DNA of 64,000 bases from positions 1,922,001-1,986,000 of the forward strand of contig BCGN01000003.1 of assembly GCA_001599295.1 (NCBI GenBank), read 5' to 3'. Source of the DNA: Sporopachydermia quercuum (taxonomy: Eukaryota). The position numbers and the translations under genes were made by a program. The notes under the pieces are model-generated. The model was not told the DNA's origin, did not search any database, and saw nothing but the letters and a program-made list of their open reading frames with translations. Below are positions 1-10,125 of this stretch, piece by piece. The first letter of the stretch is position 1; every line of letters starts with the position of its first letter.

Positions 1-698
1 AAATCTGGGTTTATATGCTTTCAGTCGAGACGAATTTGTATAGATAGTTGCTAACTGGATATTCAATTTGGATTAGTTTGGATGAATTAATGATAAGTCT
101 AGCTTAACCCTAAACTCACTAAAAGTACAATTTTACGACATTTTTTATACGAGATTGAGGTTTGTTTCCCTAAATGAACATTTTCTACCCTAAAATTCAC
201 ATGGCCAAACGTTATTTTATCGAACGTTATTTTATCAACTATACTTTAAAATGTTATCTCCTTCCCATACAAAGAAAATAATACATCCTGCAGAATATGA
301 GCAATCACGAAGTTACGAGGTTCCCATACATCTTGTCAGACATTTATGCAATAGGCTGCAAACAAATGGTTCATTTCATTGGAACAAGGATTCTATCGTT
401 AATAAAATTTACTAAATACATAAGCAAATAGATCAAATACTTGATCATGCTCTTGAATCTGTCAGTCAAGTTTATTGTACGCTATGTCCTAGAATAATGC
501 TCAAAATAACATAAAAACTGCTATTACAGATAACATGAAATTTTAGAAACTTAACAATAGTCGAACTTTCTACCTATTCTATTATTTTCTCAGAGCTTAT
601 TTCAAATGCCGAGAAAAAAGAAAAGAAATAGCAAGAAAGCCAAGTACCAAGAAATTCGATGAGATCATAAATGAACTGAATCTTGGATGTTTCACTAT

Positions 699-2612
699 TC
701 ATAAATGACTGGTAAAATGTCTAGTAACATTATCTCCATACAACAATCTTCGATCGGTGACAAACTGGGTCTCATAGTCCAATTTGCTGTTGTAAGTTTC
801 GTATTCATTGTTAAACTTATCTTTGTGATTAACAGTGTTATGAACCCAGAATTCACTTGTTAAAAGATCCTGCTGAACCATTTCATCACTTACATCATCT
901 CTGTTATTGTTACGAGCATAAAGGTCGATCAACAGATGACAGACAACTAACCTGGCTAATGTCAATGCAATGAATCGTGAGTTCAAAGCAATGTCATTGC
1001 TTTTATCATTCTGATTCAAATCACCATTCAAAAAGAACTTTTGTAGAAGTTCATCCAAGCAATCATGAACTAAACTGTTCATTTCAATAGCCTTCTGATT
1101 ATAGTCCTTCTTAGGTTCGAAGAAGTCTAGTAATGCAGGAATTAATTGATTGAAGTTCCGCAAAAGAACTCTAGTGATGTCGCTGGCAAGAACGTTTGTT
1201 GTTCCTTCCCAAATAGCATTTACCTGAGAATCTTTATATAATCTTGAGATATCAATACGAGGGTCATGAGTCAAATACCCAGGGCCACCCAAAGCTTCCA
1301 TACACTCTGAAATACATCCTACTGTTTCCTTACACACCAATGCTTTAGAAAGGGCAGGAATCAACCGAAACATTGTTTTTTCATTTGCAGAAGCTTTTCC
1401 GACTTCCACTTTACCTAATAAGCTTGGAGCATAGAATCCTATCATGCTGAGCCCTCTTAATGTTCTTTCTAATGTAGCCAACACTCTAACATGAGCATAC
1501 GTCTCACATAGTGATTTACCAAATACTTTTCTATATTTTGAATACTCTGTTGCTATTTGCATGGCTCTTCTGAAAAAACCTAACGAACCAACACTGGAGT
1601 AGATTCTAGTGATTTGCAAAACTGTGGAGATGGTTCGCACGCCGTTACCCAAATCACCAATTCTTTCGGCTCGAACATTTTTCAGTTCCAATTCNGCTGT
1701 AGGAAGTCCTACTGTGCCAAATTTCTCTTTTAGCCTTACAATCTGAGCCCCGCCATTGTGAACGTGAGCCAAAAAACATCCAATGGGCACACGATTCTTA
1801 CCACTTTTATGCTTGTCGAAGAGTTCACTATCCTGAGCTAAAATAATTGCTACCTCGGATTCTGTAGCCGAAGAAAAAAACTTGAACCCATTCACCTGAT
1901 AATTTGTTTGTATCTCGATATCATTCTTGTTTTTATCATTCATTTTTACAACTACTCCTAAATCATCCTTCACAGCAATAGTCTCAGTTCCTGAGATGTC
2001 ACTACCTCCAGGACGTTCAGTCATCCATTGTCCTGAGGTCCATACAAACTCAGGATCTCTGGAAATAAGGTGATAATAAGCAGGATGAATATCATCTCTT
2101 TTTCTCCTTGCTAGCTCCAATGCTCTGGCACAACCGTCCGTCATTGCCATAGGACATGTGACTATAGCTGATGATCCGGTGAATACGTAATCCTTGATGA
2201 ACTGATACACTCTACTATGTTCCTTTTGTTTACGTTCATATCCAATGGCAACAATTCCTTCATTAAGTCCAAAGAACTTCAGTTGTTTCCACCCTTGTGA
2301 AGTCACAAGCTGATTGATACGATTTCCGAAAGTATCAAATGGTTTGACNTACGGTAGATTCTTCTCACAGTCAGCAATCAGTTCAAACATTTGATCAGTC
2401 ATTACTTTTTCCCCAAAAACTTCTAAATCAGGGGATATTTCTTGAGAAATGGAGGTTGGTAAAAAATAATCCATGACCTCCGGGATGAAGTTATCTTGAG
2501 TAAAGGCATTGTTGATCTTGAATGATGCTTGATGAAAACCCCTATCAGTTGTTGCGAACTGAAATTGAGAAGATGAGANGGATGGACGATAGTACTTTTT
2601 TGCGGAATCCAT
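699..2612 (-). CDS. AidB-like acyl-CoA dehydrogenase family protein, probably peroxisomal
   Basis: 637-aa ORF with ACAD/AidB motifs: CPMAMTDG, WTSGQWMTERPGGSD, GFKFFSSA, RLKEKFGT, MEALGGPGY, QVNAIWEGTTNVL; C-terminus -SHL is a PTS1-type tripeptide. Confidence 0.9.
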   Translation of the reverse strand: MDSAKKYYRPSXSSSQFQFATTDRGFHQASFKINNAFTQDNFIPEVMDYFLPTSISQEISPDLEVFGEKVMTDQMFELIADCEKNLPXVKPFDTFGNRINQLVTSQGWKQLKFFGLNEGIVAIGYERKQKEHSRVYQFIKDYVFTGSSAIVTCPMAMTDGCARALELARRKRDDIHPAYYHLISRDPEFVWTSGQWMTERPGGSDISGTETIAVKDDLGVVVKMNDKNKNDIEIQTNYQVNGFKFFSSATESEVAIILAQDSELFDKHKSGKNRVPIGCFLAHVHNGGAQIVRLKEKFGTVGLPTXELELKNVRAERIGDLGNGVRTISTVLQITRIYSSVGSLGFFRRAMQIATEYSKYRKVFGKSLCETYAHVRVLATLERTLRGLSMIGFYAPSLLGKVEVGKASANEKTMFRLIPALSKALVCKETVGCISECMEALGGPGYLTHDPRIDISRLYKDSQVNAIWEGTTNVLASDITRVLLRNFNQLIPALLDFFEPKKDYNQKAIEMNSLVHDCLDELLQKFFLNGDLNQNDKSNDIALNSRFIALTLARLVVCHLLIDLYARNNNRDDVSDEMVQQDLLTSEFWVHNTVNHKDKFNNEYETYNSKLDYETQFVTDRRLLYGDNVTRHFTSHL

Positions 2613-3404
2613 GATGTGGATTCTCAGTCTAATAGAATAACAATAACTACTATAAGGAACACTGCTGCTAATTGCAATTGGAAAAGGCTTCCAAAATGTG
2701 GAAGTAAGAGTCTTTTTGGTTATTCTACCAGAGCAGCCAATGATGTTCCTGGGATCACAAAGATAGGTGGAAATCCGATAGTATAAATTGCCAGTTACGT
2801 CTAATGAAGTATGAAAATTATTCGAGCCTCAAATCACTTGAATTACAGTAATATTATCATGAATGTTCCACTGCTATTTTTTTTTTTTTTCTAAATATCA
2901 AACCAGATAAGGCATCATCGCTCAATTGATTGTCCTTATAAGGAGAATCCTCATGGAGCAAAATTTCCCCACATTTATAATACAATAAAATAGAGTTCAA
3001 CTATTTGTAACTAAGTAAGAACTCTATTTGATATACTAATTGTCTTCCGAGTCTCCCCCAAATCTCTCTCCCCTCTCCACATTAGATTATTATTGATCGT
3101 TCCGAGGATCTTGTGTGCTGAAAATTACTCNTGCAGACCATAATTTGCATACCACAATTGAATCTTTCACGAAAACTGTTGATTTGATTCTGCGGTTCAA
3201 CTCTTGAGCATTTACTCTTACAATGATACACGAAATGGTACTGTACTTGAAGATTTGCATCATCTTTTTGTTTTGCTATTTTACGGCTTGTTGGTGTGTT
3301 ATCGACGTTTGTTTAGTCGCTATTGTATATATAGTATACGGAAATAGTGTTGAAGGTATAGTGTTTGAAATATCACCAACTGGTTTCATTGTAGAATCCA
3401 TAAT

Positions 3405-3690
3405 GTAAGTCAAATAAATCAAATCAAATCAAACAGTAATACGGTACAGTCAATGACTATCAAATCATTTACTCAGTTTATCCATCATGAGTCTTTTGTT
3501 CAAAGGATGATAACGAGTCTTAACGGCTCTATCTTATAAACCCAGCTCGTCGATTAATTTGTTTCACATGAGAAGAAAGTTTATATCTGAAAACACATCA
3601 GACTGATGATATGATAGCATGAGAAGCAGATAGTATTGCTACGATTGGCATAAGTTATAAGTTGACGTCTTGTTACTAACCTTTTCATAG
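3405..3690 (+). other. Spliceosomal intron of an apparently non-coding snoRNA host transcript
   Basis: GTAAGT donor at 3405, TACTAAC at 3674-3680, TAG ending 3690; same architecture as the coding introns in this window; encloses a C/D snoRNA; flanking exons have no recognisable protein. Confidence 0.7.
3499..3595 (+). ncRNA. snR69: Box C/D snoRNA, snR69-like (guides 25S rRNA Cm2948, S. cerevisiae numbering)
   Basis: Box C-like AGGATGA 3504-3510, box D CTGA 3587-3590, short terminal stem (TGTT/AACA), D' TCGA 3550-3553 preceded by TAAACCCAGCTC, complementary to conserved LSU rRNA GAGCUGGGUUUA; the D'+5 rule lands on the C. Ends approximate. Confidence 0.8.
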
Positions 3691-3879
3691 TATAGAGTGT
3701 CCAAGGAATCAGATAGACGGGAAAAATGAGGGGAAAAATGAGAAGAAACACGTGTCGAATGGGTATTCCAATAACCCAAACACATCCACTTAGGAGTTGT
3801 AATAAATAAGATATGTATTATTGTTTTTAAGTCTATTTACAAGAAAGTCTATCCAATCATGTTGTATCATGACATTGTA

Positions 3880-5711
3880 TCAACGCGCTTTTCCTCCGGC
3901 AGCCTTTGTTGAAAGAAGAAAGTTAGTATAACGAACTGAGGACCATGGGCAAACAATCAAACACGAACTCTTTTCAACATACCTTAAACAAAATTATGTC
4001 ACCATCCTCAACAGCATATCCTTTTCCTTCTTTTGCTACTTTTACCTTAGATTTCGCATTTTCAATGGAATCAATTTTTGCCAAGTCCTCGTATTTCATA
4101 ACATGAGCAGATATGAATGTTTTCTCCAAATCTAATAATCTTGTTAATACTTTACCCGTTCCACTTATCCCTACATTTCTTCTTGCTCTATACAGCTATA
4201 GTTCTCAATGACAGCAATACATACGACTATGAATCACGCCAGCAGCCTCCGGTGCTGAAGTACCTTTTCTAATGCTCCATTCACGGGCTTCAAGTGGACC
4301 ACAAGTGAAAAAGCTAATCAACCTAAGATTTTCCCTCATTGTTTGAATAATCTTTGGTAAAACGCTACCACCAACTCCCAAATCATTGTAATAGTCCTTG
4401 GCTTCTGATTTACTCATTTCTGCTATTTTTTCTTCTAAGGAAGCAGAAAACATTAGTAATCTATCACCTGGTGAATTTCTTTCAANCCATTCCTTGATTG
4501 CTTCTAAATAGCTATTATCATTTAACGCATAGTCCTCTTCGCTGACATTGGCAAGATAAACAACTGGCTTCGCTGTTAGCAATGTCAATCGATTGAGAAC
4601 AGCAATTTCCTCGTTATTCCAAACACTATTAGCAATTCTAGCTCCATTCCCCAATACTTCTAATGCTTTTTTACCAACCTCAACCTCTTCAGTAAGCAAT
4701 CGTTTTTCACTCATGTCGTTAGTAAACTTCACTTTCTTTGATATCTTCTCCAAGTGTCTCTCGCAGAACTCCATATCTTTAAGCATTAGCTCATCTCTGA
4801 CAATCTCCATGTCACGTACAGGATCGACAGATCCTTCAATATGAGTTATCTCTTCGTCATCAAAAGCCCTGACTACTTGGTATATTCCATCTACACTTCT
4901 TATATCACTTAGAAACTGATTGCCTAGTCCTTCACCTTTGGATGCACCTCTGGTCAATCCTGCGATGTCCCATATTGTCAATGTAGCTGGTACTTGTTTT
5001 GCTGAGCCATATACTTGCTGCAGTTTGTTTAGTTTTGCTGAGGGAACGTTCACCCTTGCTTCTGCCGGATCAATCGTAGCAAATGGGTAGTTAGCTGGCT
5101 ACGGTGATGTTAGTATGTGAAAAGCAGATCATTGACTAGGAGAGTTTCCCCATAGATTTTACATTATGGCTCGCAATCGACAATGAAACGAGACTTTGTA
5201 TTGAGCTCGATCATAATACCTAATTCTAATGATTGTATGATTTTAATGAACTTGGCAGCGGAAGGTCTACCTGACTTCCTTTACCAGGATTCAACTCATC
5301 ATTATGTTTATCACCGAAGCTCATTTCTCCAAATGACGAAACATTAACGCTTCAAAGCTTCTAATAAAAAGCACATACATTTCCAATCTTTGACTCCGTT
5401 ATTGCCTGGAAGAAAGTAGACTTTCCAACATTTGCAAGTCCTACAATACCAGCCTATTACTGTTAGTAAACCTATTACCATCCATTGATGTTTCAAACAC
5501 AACAATCATCTTGAATTCCATGAATTCCATAAATTCAACATACTGACAGATTATTGCTGAGTCTACCCAAAAACACATGGTCATTGTTTTCTGCACCGCT
5601 TTTCTTTTCTTTTTTACCTCGAGCAGGCGCTGCGTTCACTATGGAGACACTGCTGAAAGGTCTAGTACCGATCAGTCTCTGTCTAAACAGTGAAAAACGA
5701 GCAGTTTTCAT
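3880..5711 (-). CDS. YLF2: Mitochondrial Obg/YchF-family GTPase/ATPase (YLF2-type), 5 exons: 5711-5544, 5453-5379, 5098-4225, 4131-3983, 3903-3880
   Basis: Spliced frame gives Arg-rich leader MKTARFSLFRQRLIGTRPFSSV, GIVGLANVGKST P-loop, PANYPFATIDP, DIAGL, TGS-like domain, end FKAAGGKAR*. All four introns GTATGT...(TACTAAC/TATTAAC)...AG with consistent phase. Confidence 0.88.
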
Positions 5712-6226
5712 AGTTTATACACGTGGGCAAGCGGATTCTATGCAAGATTGGTCTTTCAGTGTATATTCTAAAGATTCTGTTGAAGTGCAATAAATTTTCA
5801 TATTTGGAATGAAAGATCCTGTTAATACTGTGTGCAGCAAAGAGAAGAAAAGAGAGATGATTGAATGGTTGAGAGAGGTGCATGCGAAGTAAAAAGAGAG
5901 GCAGAAAATGGCAAACAAAAACCTGGAAAACAAAGAAACGAGGAGAAGTAACAGCCAGATTAATATATAAAATCTACTATCGGGGTATATAATTGATTAA
6001 TAGAGAATCGATACTCTACGTAGACTCGAGGTGCACTTGTTGAAACTGACAGTTGCACAAAGAACTGTGATTCACTTCGATCATTGTATAATATTCGTAA
6101 TAACCTACAACGTTAATATCCAGACTGCTTCAGGAAAATCCAACGATACTTATATATTAATATATACATGAGTTCAGATATGAAAATTAAACGTTTATAC
6201 TTTTCACTGGCGTTTATATACAGAAA

Positions 6227-7231
6227 TCATTGTTGATTTTGTCTCTCAAGTCCCAATGTTCCTAACAAAGTAACATGCTTCTTCTCCACAGGGGCATCTT
6301 GTGGTCTCTTCCACTGTTCAGGGAAAGATCTACCTCTGAACAAAGGTTTATTTCTTCGTTTATATGCTTGAATATGTCTTGTATCTAAAGGAATATCAGA
6401 GAAATCATCAGATTCATCTTTTGCTTCATTCAAGAGCTTCTTGACAATATTACCTAGGTATTTCATATTCTGAGCTGGTTCAGCAAACATTTCAGAGGAA
6501 ATTTTCACTTCATCTTTTAAAATGTTGTATCTTGTACCAGCTAAAACACATAACTTATGAACTTGCTTATCTGTCAGACCCAAGTCTTTTGGACAAAATG
6601 TGACTACTACTTTAGAAGCAGCGGGATGTTCTTCCCCAAGATAGTTGACAAATCTGAATTGTAGAGGATTCTTCTTTCTATCCCTTGGTACATATTCTGA
6701 CCTAAACTTAGCAAGCTTAGGTAGTTCATAAGCAGCAATACGGTTATATTTTCTTTGCTTTCTATGTTGTCTTACTTGTTCATGAGCCATTGAGGTCAAG
6801 TCTTCCTCTGGAGCCGCAAAAAATTCTTTCTGTCCTACTTCAATGTTTCTTCCATGATAATCCCGAAGGTACTCTTCACCGCCAAAATATAGTTCTTTGA
6901 TTTCTTTTTCGCTGACATTTTCATCAGCAGTTGAAAGCAAGAGCTTCAGTTCATCTTCGTCAAACTTGTAATTCCCTCCTAGTACTAGCTTCCTCTCTTT
7001 GAAGTTTACAAGGATTTCATCTTTGGAAAGTCCTTTCCATGTTGAAGGCTCAAGAACATTTACTGCTCTAGATTCCTTTATCTTTTGTTTAACCTCTGGG
7101 TTTACATCTGATGCAGAAGAGTTGTAATTATGAGTAAATGATCTGGGGATTGGTGTCCTTACTACTATCAACCCTGTAGGGATTGAAGATGCAACTCGCC
7201 TGAATGTATTGCTGACTAGAATGCTGCTCAT
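6227..7231 (-). CDS. RSM24: Mitochondrial small-subunit ribosomal protein mS35
   Basis: First ATG at 7231 (MSSILVSNTFRR, presequence-like); motifs RKYNRIAAYELPKLAKFR, YLGEEHPAASKVVV, HKLCVLAGTRY, DDFSDIPLDTRH, FPEQWKRPQDAP. Confidence 0.9.
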   Translation of the reverse strand: MSSILVSNTFRRVASSIPTGLIVVRTPIPRSFTHNYNSSASDVNPEVKQKIKESRAVNVLEPSTWKGLSKDEILVNFKERKLVLGGNYKFDEDELKLLLSTADENVSEKEIKELYFGGEEYLRDYHGRNIEVGQKEFFAAPEEDLTSMAHEQVRQHRKQRKYNRIAAYELPKLAKFRSEYVPRDRKKNPLQFRFVNYLGEEHPAASKVVVTFCPKDLGLTDKQVHKLCVLAGTRYNILKDEVKISSEMFAEPAQNMKYLGNIVKKLLNEAKDESDDFSDIPLDTRHIQAYKRRNKPLFRGRSFPEQWKRPQDAPVEKKHVTLLGTLGLERQNQQ

Positions 7232-7853
7232 TTTCACCTTCGAGATTCTAAGCTGGAACCGCAAACAATTCTATTGATGATGACGCTTCAACTACAACTG
7301 AAATCTTTGGAACCAGAGTAAAGACCGTAAACCACACTTCTTTCTGTTAGAAAGGTGCTTTCAAGATCAATGGATCTATCACTACTTACGATTTTCATTT
7401 GTACAATTTACTCGTTGACACAAGCGCCAAATCATTTGAGATATCACACCCAGACACCATTCAGAACTTGGTTGATTCAAGTCTCCTCTCGTTTTGCATT
7501 TTTGATTATAGAATACANTAAGATTTTGGACCATAACTTCTATTACACTATATTGTATTACTGCACGTCTCCTCTTGCTCCTTCATAATTTATGTTACAA
7601 AAAGTTATGAATTGAATTCTTCCTATCAAATGCTTACAGCCGTTCTTATGATGGTGTGTAACCAGCTCTTATAAATAATATCTACAGAAAACATAGCACC
7701 ACTTATGAAAACACTCTAGACATACAGTAAAAATCAATATACAATATAAGATAAAATACAATCCTCACAATATCAAAAAGTAGGATGAAGGAAACACAAC
7801 ACAACTATACTAATATAACAATACACATGATACATCCAATGAACATCATATAA

Positions 7854-9009
7854 CTATTTCTCAACAGGAACCAAAGACTTCTTTTTAGACTTCTTTTCTT
7901 TCTTCTTTTCCTTAGGCTTCTTCTTCTCGGATTTATCTTCCTCGTCATCATCTTCTTCAGTCTCTTTCACAGGTTCTTCTACAGGAGCAGGATAAGAATT
8001 ACCTAATGCAGCAGCTACAACTTGTGCAGCAGCTACTTGAGATAAAGCAGCAGATTGAGAATGGACAGAAGCAGGATCAGCAGGAGCACCACGTTCTTCT
8101 GACAACTTCTTCAAGTATTCATCCTTCTCCTTTCTGTATTGCAAGAATTGTTCATCGTAATTTCTTTTAAGGGGGGCTTTAGCTTCGTCTTCCAGATCGT
8201 TCCATTTTTTTGCAACTTCTTGAGTCATTTCAGCGTTTGATAATGGTAGAAGCTTCAATCGTTCTCTTTCTTCTTTGATTTGTTTCCGTGCTTCGGCAGC
8301 AAAAGCAAAGAACATTGTGACAGGCTTCCTAGGGGCATTTGGATCAATAGGTGGCCTTTTAGTCTTCTTTCTTTTCTTCTTGTCAGGTTCACCTTCAGCT
8401 TCTTCACCATTGACAATTGGCAACTCCAATTGTTCATTGATGAGCCCGTTACCATTGACAAATGTTTCGTTTTTACCTAGAACATTGTTGATTGATGTAG
8501 AAAGATTTTGAAACTGTAAAGCAACTTGAGGATTCAATTGTTCTATGTTTACTAGGTTGAAGAAATTCACAACGGCTGTTGATGCTTCCTGAGCTGATTT
8601 TGATAGCTCAAATAATGAGGCCACCAGCTATATTATAATTTTTATTAGTATTAATGCTTGACTTATTATGTTTTGCAAAATGCATGATTTATCTGTGCCT
8701 ATCGTGNTGTTGATAATTGCCCTTCAAATGCTTACCCTCTAACTACGCGTATGGTTTGTGTGCATTATTTCGAACTCCCACCCTCCCTCCGAAAGGATTC
8801 ATTTTACGTCCAAAAATATTTCCTTTTCAATAATACTGCTGATAGTATAGTAAATTCTATATCTTCTATTTGGCATCTCGTAAAAGTTATCTCAACAAAC
8901 GCGAGTCGTATTCTTCATGTAATAATCAGCTTCTTAAAGGACAATTCACCTACTTAATGCATATTCAACATACAGAATCTTTGGCAGCTTTCAATTCAGC
9001 TTGGGACAT
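7854..9009 (-). CDS. HMO1: HMG-box chromatin protein Hmo1, 2 exons: 9009-8974, 8627-7854
   Basis: Spliced N-terminus MSQAELKAAKDS|LVASLFELSK matches the Hmo1 N-terminus; HMG box DPNAPRKPVTMFFAF...KKWNDL; Lys-rich tail. Intron 8628-8973 GTATGT...TACTAAT...TAG. Confidence 0.9.
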
Positions 9010-10125
9010 TGTGTTAATTCAATTGGTATCTTTTTACTTTGTTTTGTTATTATCAATTAATGTAATAATTTCAATGTACCTCATATATAGTTATAGTTAT
9101 TATGATGTGCAATCCTTAACTTTTGTTGCACAGAGTGTTGTGTTGATTCTGTGTGCCAGCCTGAGAAACTGGTGCGGAAAAGGGATGAAAGGGAGAGACT
9201 GGGGAACAGGACTCTCCAGGTATCTGTAATTCTGTGTGAGCCTCTGCACCGAACTTTCAACGGAGACTGTCAGGGAATTGCGCTTTGGGACAGGTAATTG
9301 GCCATGGAATGGAATTTATGAGTCGTTGTTCTGTACCGAAGAACAGAGACCCTTGGATAAAGGTAGGAGTTCTGCATTTTGAGATGAGCTGATAAGGTTA
9401 ACGGAAGGACAAGAGTGGGAATAGAATGAGTATAAGGAGCTGGGAAAAAGAAAGAAAAAGTTAGTNATATTTGACTGGAATAATCTTGTTTCACTGAAAT
9501 GCTTTGCATATATTCAGGACATCGACTGTAGATTCNTCTTTGTTGTTATTATGAGTAGACCCTTATCCTCTCTGTACAGTGGTTCCTCTGCAATACTGAA
9601 ACTAAGTGAAATATACTCATCGTGCCAAAGCTTTGCAGATCGTGGTTCAAGTGCGAATCAAGATCCTCCGTTTGAACTTCGTCTAAATATCAATTCCAGT
9701 TAATAAATACCTGTTTCCAAAAATGCATTCGAATTTTCAACCCGCTAATACCCATCTTCTAGTACAGCCACCATTCTTTCCCTTTGCCTATATAACTGCC
9801 TTTCGCTGTGCTCGTATTTACTCGAAGCGGTAATTACCAGCATACACAATTTCAGTCTCCAGAACAGCCTGTCCGTCACCTTTATTCTCATCGCGCGTAA
9901 TATAACATCACGTCTCTTCTCGAATTTGACGATTACACAATGGCTCTCGAACAAATATATCGAGCACATAACAACTACCTACGGCATTATTATCACATTA
10001 TGCCAGGAATAACTACTATGTAAGCAGTAATGTACCATCAGGCCCCTTCTCGCTCAACAGGTCTTGTCAGGTAATTTCCAGTGCTACAGGAACTAAGTAC
10101 ACCATGAAATCTTCATGCCGAAATT

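Noticed and set aside
3193..3203. B-box-like GGTTCAACTC, possible tRNA
   Set aside because: No T-stem pairing or cloverleaf; no tRNA found by eye anywhere in the window.
3223..3408. 61-aa hydrophobic ORF
   Set aside because: No recognisable family; its end coincides with the donor of the snoRNA-bearing intron; more likely non-coding host exon.
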